From: an uncultured bacterium
Lineage (GTDB): Bacteria > Auribacterota > Erginobacteria > Erginobacterales > Erginobacteraceae
Length of the DNA: 64,000 nucleotides
Assembly: GCA_963822585.1 (NCBI GenBank)
Contig: CAWGIE010000019.1
Span: forward strand, 249,300 to 313,299
Direction of reading: 5' to 3'
The stretch's first letter is position 1. Each line of letters starts with the position of its first letter. Below the pieces are notes generated by a model. The model was not told the DNA's origin. It saw only the letters and a program-made list of their open reading frames with translations, and ran no database searches. A program made the position numbers and the translations under genes. This document shows positions 56,970 to 64,000 of this stretch, in pieces.

Positions 56970-57725
56970 ATGTTTCTCTACGGGAAAAACTCGGTTGCTG
57001 AGCGTCTGAAGATCAATCCCGGCAGTATCAGGAAGATCTATCTTCGGGATAACCTCCGGGACCCGGAACTGGCCGGTATTGTCCGCGCCAGCGGTATCCC
57101 ATTCGATTTCGCCGGGGAGAAGGAAATAAACCGGTTCGCGGGGACCGAACGGCGGCAGGCAATCGCGGCCGAAGTGGACGATTACCGCTATACACCCTAC
57201 CTGGAACTGATGCAGAACGGGCAGTACCCCAGACGCACGCTCCTCTTCCTGGACCGGGTGAGCGACCCCCAGAATCTGGGGGCCGTTATTCGGACCGCCG
57301 CCTGCTTCGGAGGATTCGCCATCGTCTTGCCCCGGCATGAGGCCTGCGGGGTGACCGAGACCGTCCTCCATGTCGCTGCCGGCGGAGAAAACTACGTGCC
57401 GGTGGCAATCGTCACCAACCTCTCCCGGGCGCTGAGAGAAGCCAAGAAGGGAGGCTTCTGGACAGCGGGAGCGGTGACGGGCGGCGGCAGCGTCGTATCC
57501 CGGACCGATCTTCCTTTCCCGCTCTGCCTGGTCATCGGCTCGGAAGGGAGCGGGATACGGTACGGGGTGGGGAAACAGCTTGATCTCATCGTCACTCTCC
57601 CCATGGAGGGGGCCGCTCTTTCTTTCAACGCGGCGGCGGCCGCCGCGATTTTCTGCTACGAGATCACCCGGCAGAGAGCCGGGCGGGAAACATCAAACGG
57701 CAACCGGGGTGCCGGTAATGAATAA
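56970..57725 (+). CDS. rlmB: SpoU/TrmH-family 23S rRNA 2'-O-methyltransferase (RlmB-like).
   Basis: 251 aa. It has [44 protein letters not shown] and [10 protein letters not shown]-like motifs. Confidence 0.8.
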   Translation: MFLYGKNSVAERLKINPGSIRKIYLRDNLRDPELAGIVRASGIPFDFAGEKEINRFAGTERRQAIAAEVDDYRYTPYLELMQNGQYPRRTLLFLDRVSDPQNLGAVIRTAACFGGFAIVLPRHEACGVTETVLHVAAGGENYVPVAIVTNLSRALREAKKGGFWTAGAVTGGGSVVSRTDLPFPLCLVIGSEGSGIRYGVGKQLDLIVTLPMEGAALSFNAAAAAAIFCYEITRQRAGRETSNGNRGAGNE

Positions 57726-58239
57726 AATGCACGTAATGATGGACAGGGTGTTGAAAGAGTTCAAAGAGTTCGCCATGCGCGGGAACGTGGTCGACATGGC
57801 GGTCGGCATCATCGTCGGCGGAGCGTTCGGCACTATCGTAAAAAGTTTGGTCTCCGATATACTGATGCCCCCGTTCGGCCTTCTCCTGGGAGGGATCGAT
57901 TTCTCCAACTTCTTCGTTGTTCTCAAGCACGGCACTCCGGCCGGACCTTACGCCGCCCTGGCGGACGCCCGGACGGCCGGCGCGGTCACGATCAACTACG
58001 GGGTGTTCGTGGACAACATCATCAGCTTTCTCATTGTCGCGATCGCCGTCTTCATGCTGATCAAGGGTCTCAACAAACTCCAGCGGGAGGTTGACGAGGC
58101 GCCGCCGGAACCGACGACCCGGCAGTGCCCCTTCTGCGTGAGTACCATCTCCATCCAGGCGACCCGGTGCCCTTACTGCACCTCCGACCTTACCGCCCCC
58201 GGAACCCCGCCGGAAGACTCTCCACCCGCGAACCCGTGA
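57718..58239 (+). CDS. mscL: Large-conductance mechanosensitive channel MscL with a C-terminal CxxC...CxxC extension.
   Basis: 173 aa from MNKMHV. It has [36 protein letters not shown] and the C-terminal [24 protein letters not shown]. It overlaps rlmB by 8 nt. Confidence 0.85.
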   Translation: MNKMHVMMDRVLKEFKEFAMRGNVVDMAVGIIVGGAFGTIVKSLVSDILMPPFGLLLGGIDFSNFFVVLKHGTPAGPYAALADARTAGAVTINYGVFVDNIISFLIVAIAVFMLIKGLNKLQREVDEAPPEPTTRQCPFCVSTISIQATRCPYCTSDLTAPGTPPEDSPPANP

Positions 58240-58248
58240 TTCGCCGGA

Positions 58249-58896
58249 TTATTTCCCCTCTTCAGTTTCCGGCGCCGGGGCTTTCGCGGGAACGTCCTTT
58301 TCGAACGCGGTGAAAATCTTCCGCAACCCTTCTTCCCAGCCCGTAACTAGGGCGTCGGCGGTAGCGACCGGGATGGATATTTCTTCCCGGTAGGATTTGC
58401 TGAAGACGATCAGCGGCTCCAGCGGGCGGACATCCATGAGCAGGAAGTCAACCATGATAACCGCCCGGGGATTTACCTTGTCCCGGAAATCACCGTACAT
58501 CTCCACCAGGTTCCCTTCGATGACGTAGGTCGGTCTCAGCCGGCTTGCCCGGTCGATGACGGCCCGGGCGCGGCCCGAGTCCTCCAGCCATTCGGAGGTG
58601 AGGGCCCTGATCTGTTCGCCCGGCAGTATAAAAAAAACATTGTAAAAGTCGGACTCGAAGATCGAGTCCCCGGTCCGGTACACGAACTCCGTGTTCTCGT
58701 AGCCGGGAGAGGCCCGGAAGAGCTGGACCTGGACGATCGGTCCATCCTCCAGCGGCGGCAGCGCGGTTTCCGGTTTCACTTCCAGAACGTAATATTTCCG
58801 GACGGGATAATCCCTCTGGAGGTTGACACACCCGCAGAGCAATCCGAGTGTGACGAACCAGGCGACAGCGACGACGCAGGTATTTTTCTTTTTCAT
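58249..58896 (-). CDS. ABC-transport auxiliary lipoprotein (PqiC/DUF330-like).
   Basis: 215 aa from MKKKNTCVVAVAWFVTLGLLCGC (lipobox). It overlaps the upstream MCE gene by 4 nt. Confidence 0.65.
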   Translation of the reverse strand: MKKKNTCVVAVAWFVTLGLLCGCVNLQRDYPVRKYYVLEVKPETALPPLEDGPIVQVQLFRASPGYENTEFVYRTGDSIFESDFYNVFFILPGEQIRALTSEWLEDSGRARAVIDRASRLRPTYVIEGNLVEMYGDFRDKVNPRAVIMVDFLLMDVRPLEPLIVFSKSYREEISIPVATADALVTGWEEGLRKIFTAFEKDVPAKAPAPETEEGK

Positions 58897-59792
58897 GGCG
58901 ATTCGATTACCTTTGATGGTGGTGGTGGGTTTCCCCACAGGATGTGCGAGGGATCCTGCCGGGCCGATTCAGTCAGCTGGCGCAGGTTGTCGGAGACGAT
59001 CCGCGCGTCCTCGACTACTTCCGCCAGGCTCCCCTTCTGCTCGCTTACCCAGTCGGAGAGTCTCTGCAAGGTCATGTTGAGGCGGGCCGTTATCTCGGGG
59101 ATACTGTTCGAGGCTTGCCGCAGGTTGGCCAGGGTCGGGGACGCCTCATCCCGGAGATTGGCGATCAGCGGCCTGATATCCTTTTCCAGCATCTCATTGA
59201 CCGAGGCCAGTGTCCGGTCGACTTTTTCTCCCACGGCCGCGAAGTCCACTTCCGCCAGGCTGTCCAGCGTTTTCTCCAGCGAGGAACTCAGCCGGGCCAG
59301 GGTTCCGGGAACCGCGGGGATGTAGGGGTTCTCCGGCGTCCAGTCGATCTTCAGTTCCTCGATCTTGGCCGGGTCGTAGTACGAGGCGTCAAGAAAACAG
59401 ATCCCGGTGATCCCCTGGGAGGCCAGGGTGAGCCGGAGCCCCTTATCGACCACCTGCCGAGTATGCACCTTCAATACTTCCTGGTCCTGGTCGGGCGTCC
59501 TGGCCCCGATAGCGGAGGGATCGATGGTGAAGAGCACATAGACATAATTATGCTCGGTCTCGTACATTTCATACACGAACTTGATCTGGCTGACCGAGCC
59601 GATCTTGACACCCATCATCTTCACCGGAGATCCGATATCGAGCCCCTGAACGGAGCTGTCGATATAGGTCTCGAAGGTCCATTCCTTCCTGAACATTTCC
59701 CGGGCGCCCAGGAAAAAGAGTCCGACCAGGAGGATCACCACGGCGATAATGACAAACATCCCCAGTTTAAAATAATTTGTCTTCTGACTCAT
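58893..59792 (-). CDS. MlaD/MCE-family substrate-binding protein.
   Basis: 299 aa from MSQKTNYFKLGMFVIIAVVILL (TM anchor). The MCE domain reads ...VQGLDIGSPVKMMGVKIGSV.... A GGGAGAG SD lies upstream. Confidence 0.8.
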   Translation of the reverse strand: MSQKTNYFKLGMFVIIAVVILLVGLFFLGAREMFRKEWTFETYIDSSVQGLDIGSPVKMMGVKIGSVSQIKFVYEMYETEHNYVYVLFTIDPSAIGARTPDQDQEVLKVHTRQVVDKGLRLTLASQGITGICFLDASYYDPAKIEELKIDWTPENPYIPAVPGTLARLSSSLEKTLDSLAEVDFAAVGEKVDRTLASVNEMLEKDIRPLIANLRDEASPTLANLRQASNSIPEITARLNMTLQRLSDWVSEQKGSLAEVVEDARIVSDNLRQLTESARQDPSHILWGNPPPPSKVIESP

Positions 59793-59822
59793 AATCTCTC
59801 CCTTTTTCTCTAACTGAAAGAA

Positions 59823-60098
59823 TCGCCGCAAAAAGACGCAAAAAGCGCAAAAGTAGTAATCAACATCGGTTGAGATATTTCCTAATCTCAGATTTGGATA
59901 GATCAAAATGAACCAGCAGCCGATCTAATAACGAGAGAAAAAATTGCCACCATCTTGCGGATTATATAAAACGAACATCTTTTTCGCAGACATTTATCAT
60001 AAATATTTTTTGCGTATTTTGCGCCTTTTTGCGGCTATTTAATGGGGCCGAGGCGGGGTCTCTATAATTAAATGTATTTTGCGCTTTTTTGCGGCTAT
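59823..60098. repeat. Inverted-repeat cassette. 'GCCGCAAAAAGNCGCAAAAAGCGCAAAAG' arms flank a ~145-bp AT-rich loop between the MCE and ATPase genes.
   Basis: The plus-orientation arm is 59823-59855. The minus-orientation arms are 60005-60037 and 60074-60098. Confidence 0.75.
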
Positions 60099-60913
60099 TA
60101 CTCGATCCCTTCCGGTGCTTCCTCCCGGTTGAAAAAGCTCCTTACCCAGGGGTTCTCCGAATGGTCCCTCAGTTCCCGGGGGATCCCGGTGGCGACGATC
60201 GTCTTCTCCCGTTTGTCAAGCATGATGACCCGGTCGGCGATGGCGAAGATGCTCGCCAGCTCGTGAGTCACCACCACGAAGGTGGCTCCCAGCGTACCAG
60301 CCAGGCGACGGATCAGCGCGTCCAGTCCGGCCGACGTGATCGGATCGAGACCGGCCGACGGTTCATCAAGGAAGAGGATGTCCGGGTCGAGGGCCATCGC
60401 CCGGGCGATGGCGGCCCGCTTCTGCATCCCCCCGCTGACCTCAGAGGGGAGATGGTTGGTAAAAGCGTCTAATCCCACCAGGGATAGTTTCATCCGGGCG
60501 ATCAGGTTCTTCGCTTCCAGCGGCAGGTCCGTGAACTCGTCGAGGGGAAGCCGAACGTTCTCGATCAGCGTCAGCGAGCCGAAGAGAGCCCCATCCTGGT
60601 ACATGACACCGATTTTCTTCAGGAGTTCGTCCCGATCCTTTCCGTAAGCGGTGACCATGTCCTCCCCTTCGATAAAGACCTGGCCGGTGAGCGGCTGCTC
60701 GAGGCCGATCATCTGCCGCATGATCGAGCTCTTCCCGCAGCCCGACCCGCCCAGGATGATAAAGACCTCCCCCGGCATCACGTCGAAGGAAACATCCTTC
60801 AGGATGGTGTTCTCGCCGTAGCGGATCGTAACACCACGAACCTTGATAATTGGTTCCGTTATCCCCCCATTGAGAACAGCTACACTATTAATTGTTGAAT
60901 CTTGATTTATCAT
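60098..60913 (-). CDS. MlaF-like ABC transporter ATP-binding protein.
   Basis: 271 aa. Walker A GGSGCGKSS, signature LSGGMQKR (seen as PSEVSGGMQKRAAIA), Walker B ILFLDEP. Confidence 0.9.
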   Translation of the reverse strand: MINQDSTINSVAVLNGGITEPIIKVRGVTIRYGENTILKDVSFDVMPGEVFIILGGSGCGKSSIMRQMIGLEQPLTGQVFIEGEDMVTAYGKDRDELLKKIGVMYQDGALFGSLTLIENVRLPLDEFTDLPLEAKNLIARMKLSLVGLDAFTNHLPSEVSGGMQKRAAIARAMALDPDILFLDEPSAGLDPITSAGLDALIRRLAGTLGATFVVVTHELASIFAIADRVIMLDKREKTIVATGIPRELRDHSENPWVRSFFNREEAPEGIE

Positions 60914-60924
60914 AAATATATTTC

Positions 60925-61470
60925 AACCACGAAGGACACGAAGAACACGAAGAAAAAATAAATAATACCGGAATAAAATCGCTGCTCTATACGACTAACA
61001 TATAACTTCACTTTTCTTTTGTTTTTAACCAACAAGGCAATTGAGCTAAAGGAAAGATATATTATGGAATTTTATCCTTTATCAAATAAAGTAATCGGCT
61101 GCGCCCTGGAAGTGCATCGTGTGCTTGGACCCGGATTATTAGAATCTACGTATGAACAATGTCTTGCCCACGAACTATCTTTGGCAGCTATATCTTTTAA
61201 GCTCCAGGCTCCCCTCCCTGTGAATTACAAGAATGTAATTATCGACTGTGGTTATCGCATTGATGTTTTGGTCGATAATAAGTTGATTATTGAAATTAAG
61301 AGTGTGGAAAAGATCCTCGATGTCCACCGCGCTCAATTGCTTACTTATATGAAGCTATCCGGCATATCCATCGGACTGCTCATGAATTTCAATGTCGAAA
61401 TATTTAAAACCGGTCTAAAACGATTTGTACTTTAATCCCCTTCGTGTTCTTCGTGTCCTTCGTGGTGAAT
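60925..61470. mobile_element. Inverted-repeat-flanked cassette that carries a GxxExxY gene, inserted between the permease and ATPase genes of the mla operon.
   Basis: The left arm is aaccacgaaggacacgaagaacacgaagaaaaaa (60925-60958). The right arm is ccccttcgtgttcttcgtgtccttcgtggtgaat (61437-61470). The CDS stop abuts the right arm. Confidence 0.65.
61064..61435 (+). CDS. GxxExxY protein (PD-(D/E)XK nuclease superfamily, PDDEXK_3-like).
   Basis: 123 aa. It has ...VHRVLGPGLLESTYEQCLAHEL... (the GxxExxY motif) and ...YRIDVLVDNKLIIEIKSV... (D...E.K). It is opposite in strand to the surrounding operon. Confidence 0.8.
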   Translation: MEFYPLSNKVIGCALEVHRVLGPGLLESTYEQCLAHELSLAAISFKLQAPLPVNYKNVIIDCGYRIDVLVDNKLIIEIKSVEKILDVHRAQLLTYMKLSGISIGLLMNFNVEIFKTGLKRFVL

Positions 61471-61501
61471 TAATTATTTTTTTTATTCTTCGTGGTGAAT
61501 T

Positions 61502-62647
61502 TTATATCCCGAGGTAATAGAAGATGACCGCGAAGATCCCGTCCGAGAAAATGATCAGGATGATGCTGCTCACCACCGCCTGGGTGGTGGACACCCCGAC
61601 CGACTGGGCGCCGGCCTTGGTCTGGAGACCGCGGAGGCATCCGACACCCGAGATCAGAAGGCCGAAGACCAGCGTCTTGAAGAGCCCCCCCAGAAGGTCG
61701 CCCATGCTCACCGAATCGACCAGCCGGCTGAGGCAGGTGATCAGCGGGTACCCCATCCCCATGACCACGAAGATGGCGCCGATCATGCCGAAGACGTTGG
61801 TGAATATGGCCAGAAGCGGCATCACCAGTATCCCCGCCAGAACCTTGGGCACGGCCAGGAACTTGACCGGGTTGAGACCCATCGTGATCAGGGCATTGAC
61901 CTCGTCGTTGACCTTCATCGTCCCGATCTCGGCGGCGAAGGACGAGCCGGAACGGCCGGCCACGATGATGGCGGTGATCAGCGGGCCCAGTTCCCGCACC
62001 AGGGTGATGGCGACCAGGTTGATGATGAAGATATCGGCGCCGTACTGCTTCATCGGGACCCCGGCCTGGAAGGCCAGAATCAGCCCGATCAGGAAGCCCA
62101 TCAGGGCGATGATGGGGATCGCGTTCACACCGGCGGCCTCCATCACCCCCCAGCACTTCTTCCAGCGCGCCTGCGCCGGGTGCAGGACGGCAAAGAAGAG
62201 GGCGGAAGAGAGCTCACCAATGAAGGCGACGGTGGTGCGAAGGTTTCCCAGCCAGGAAGCCAGGGCCCGTCCCACCTCTCCCGGGAGGGATTCCCGGCTC
62301 CTTTCCCTCCTCCCCTTGTCGCGGAAAATATCGGATGGGAAAAGTTCCAGCAGGTGATAATACTTCTCCGGGAAGTTGCGGATTTCGAATGTGCCCCCCT
62401 GTTCTTCCTGGTGGGCCTTGAGATCTACCAGCAGCCCGATCCCGGCCACGTCGCAGTAGGTGACCCCGGCGCCGTCGATAATGAGCTGTCGGGGCTTCTC
62501 CTTCGCCAGGAGTGTAACCGCCTCTCTCCAGACATCACCCCCGCCCCGGGCCTCCAGGCTTCCCCGGAGGAAATAGACAGTCCGCTCATCCTCCTTCTCC
62601 ACCTTCAGGCCGGGCTCTCGCTCGGCTGCATTATCCCGTTTCAGCAT
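61502..62647 (-). CDS. MlaE-family ABC permease with an N-terminal STAS (MlaB-like) domain.
   Basis: 381 aa. The first ~110 aa are STAS-like (LIIDGAGVTYCDVAGIGLLVDL). The rest is a MlaE permease (...GADIFIINLVAITLVRELGPLITAIIVAGRSGSSFAAEIGTMKVNDEV.AL...). Confidence 0.85.
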   Translation of the reverse strand: MLKRDNAAEREPGLKVEKEDERTVYFLRGSLEARGGGDVWREAVTLLAKEKPRQLIIDGAGVTYCDVAGIGLLVDLKAHQEEQGGTFEIRNFPEKYYHLLELFPSDIFRDKGRRERSRESLPGEVGRALASWLGNLRTTVAFIGELSSALFFAVLHPAQARWKKCWGVMEAAGVNAIPIIALMGFLIGLILAFQAGVPMKQYGADIFIINLVAITLVRELGPLITAIIVAGRSGSSFAAEIGTMKVNDEVNALITMGLNPVKFLAVPKVLAGILVMPLLAIFTNVFGMIGAIFVVMGMGYPLITCLSRLVDSVSMGDLLGGLFKTLVFGLLISGVGCLRGLQTKAGAQSVGVSTTQAVVSSIILIIFSDGIFAVIFYYLGI

Positions 62648-63149
62648 TAACCTTACCCATAAATTAGCGCCTCCGGCGCTAATTTAGTAAATTTTCTCTT
62701 TCTAAATAGAATACAGATTGATAGCGATCCAAAAATTAGTTCAGGTCCAACCGTTCAATCCATAACGGCAAGCCCTTAGTATCATAAAGCAAAACTGATT
62801 ATTTTATTCCGGGGGCTTTTTCTTCTGTTTCGGAATTCCAATAACCGGATTTTATCCTGTTATTGGAATCCCGAAACAGTGAAGTACCTTTTCGTTCGAT
62901 TATAAACCCGGAATACCGGGTGGTCACGGTAAATATTCGCTCATCGAATTAGTTTCTCAAACTGAATCCCGGTGGTCAAGCTCGGTCGGCCGGGAGCAGA
63001 TCGTCGCCCAGACCGGGAAGGCCCTCCGGCCCGGCGGCGGGGCCATCAGGTGAACGGCCAGCTTGTGTTTCGGTTTCTCTGTAGTGTTGTTTCCCATCTG
63101 AATGCTCTTGTAAATCAGGTCGCGTATTGCTCAAATAATAAAACTTTAA

Positions 63150-63971
63150 TCATCCTGCCCTTTGTCCACCTGAGGCCAGAAGCTGTAACACGTTCTCCCG
63201 GGTGAAAATATTCAGATCGGCCGGCCGCTCCAGAAAAGATGTCACGTCCCGTTCAACCATTTTCCAGTCCGCCGTCTCCACCACCCGCAAGAGCCGCATT
63301 CTCCAATCGTTTTCTGAAGGGAAAGATTCTTCCCATCCAGCCTGGCAAAGACCATTACGAAGAAGATTAAAATTCGGCGAAAGATCGGGCCAGCGGGAGA
63401 GATACCATCCGAGATCGAAAAAATCGCGGCCCTTGGTATAGCTCCTGCACAAAAGCGCGTTAAGCTTACCGGCAAACAGGGAGGGCAGATCGTAGGTGGC
63501 ATAGGCAAGAGGAAAGTAAATGTCACTGATATGGGTGGCGAGGATTGCTCCTTCGGGAGGGCGGGTGTCGATATCGATCTTGATTGACAATTTCTGGTTG
63601 CGATGAGGAGAAATTCCCGCCTCGAACATAATACCGACGAATCCAATCAGTGCGTATTGTACCGTCTTGCCGGCATTGTATTTGATGGTGACATCGTACC
63701 CTGACATCTCCAGTTCCCGCTTCAGCTTCAGCATCCCTGGCTCGAACGGATATAACTCTCCGCCGGTAACTGAAAAATCCATGTCTTCCGAGAATCGGGG
63801 AATCCGGTAAAGAAATCGCAGGGCGGTACCTCCGACGAATGCAGAGAGATCAAAGAAGCCGTCATCAAACAAAATTCTCAGGATGTAAGCCTGAAGATAT
63901 TCCCGCAGGGAGTTTAATTTTTCATTGTATCCGGTCCTGGAGGAGGCTACTTGAAGCGCATAGTCTTTCAT
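63150..63971 (-). CDS. AbiEii/AbiGii-family nucleotidyltransferase toxin (type IV TA, DUF1814).
   Basis: 273 aa. LREYLQAYILRIL...FVGGTALRFLYRIPRFSEDMDFSV is the typical N-terminal signature. Confidence 0.8.
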   Translation of the reverse strand: MKDYALQVASSRTGYNEKLNSLREYLQAYILRILFDDGFFDLSAFVGGTALRFLYRIPRFSEDMDFSVTGGELYPFEPGMLKLKRELEMSGYDVTIKYNAGKTVQYALIGFVGIMFEAGISPHRNQKLSIKIDIDTRPPEGAILATHISDIYFPLAYATYDLPSLFAGKLNALLCRSYTKGRDFFDLGWYLSRWPDLSPNFNLLRNGLCQAGWEESFPSENDWRMRLLRVVETADWKMVERDVTSFLERPADLNIFTRENVLQLLASGGQRAG

Positions 63972-64000
63972 AACTCTTTCTCCATGGAGACAACTTCTTC
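63968..64000 (-). CDS. Last 10 codons of the upstream partner gene (probably the AbiEi-type antitoxin), partial at the window edge.
   Basis: The minus frame reads ...EEVVSMEKEL-stop. Its TGA overlaps the toxin ATG (ATGA). Identity is inferred only from position. Confidence 0.35.
   Translation of the reverse strand, partial: EEVVSMEKEL

Noticed and set aside
62972-63205. ORF 62972..63205 and minus-strand peptide-like frames in the 500-bp spacer before the AbiEii gene.
   Set aside because: There is no SD, the composition is biased, and only a ~25-aa methyltransferase-like fragment (KALRPGG) is visible. At most this is a gene remnant.
1-64000. A search by eye for tRNA, rRNA, tmRNA, RNase P, group II intron/retron/DGR reverse transcriptases, integrases and transposases.
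   Set aside because: I recognised none. All repeat elements found lack coding capacity for a transposase. This is a visual negative only, and tRNAscan/Infernal should confirm it.

Overview
The window is a 64 kb stretch of bacterial chromosome. It is high-GC (about 60% by eye) and looks like an uncultured or MAG-type lineage. I support about 55 protein-coding genes, most on the minus strand. I saw no rRNA, tRNA or CRISPR array.

Gene content, in order:
- Four paralogous giant secreted proteins: 1-3033 (partial), 18775-21342, 21842-25003 and a frameshifted copy at 34246-36391. Each has a signal peptide, a variable head, a Pro/Thr tandem-repeat linker and, in the three copies whose C-terminus lies in the window, 6-7 FG-GAP/VCBS-like repeats. 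A strongly translated 82-aa Cys-rich peptide gene sits between two of them.
- A two-component block (PAS/GAF histidine kinase, NarL-type regulator, stand-alone receiver) and a hybrid kinase.
- RNase D, an MtfA-like peptidase, a UMF1-type MFS transporter and a GNAT-deacetylase fusion.
- DUF362, a YidE/YbjL transporter, DUF72 and a THUMP methyltransferase.
- An SGNH hydrolase, an aaeXAB-like efflux operon and a GH13 hydrolase.
- Two tandem cold-shock genes with duplicated leaders.
- A PHP-kinase fusion, then a TVP38 / DUF547 / flavin disulfide reductase / FNR-like cluster.
- zwf, a TIGR04282/TIGR04283-like glycosyltransferase pair, rlmB and mscL.
- An Mla/MCE lipid-transport operon and an AbiEii/AbiEi toxin-antitoxin pair at the right edge.

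The most unusual property is non-coding. Nearly every spacer longer than about 150 bp is built from hairpin-forming repeats made of short reiterated words. These include three 200-300 bp elements present twice each, two MITE-like elements with 20-23 bp terminal inverted repeats (one splits a small membrane ORF), inverted-repeat cassettes (one carries a GxxExxY / PD-(D/E)XK gene inside the mla operon), and an 8-3-8 palindrome placed 7-14 nt upstream of four start codons.

All functional calls come from reading the translated ORFs for motifs. No database search was run.
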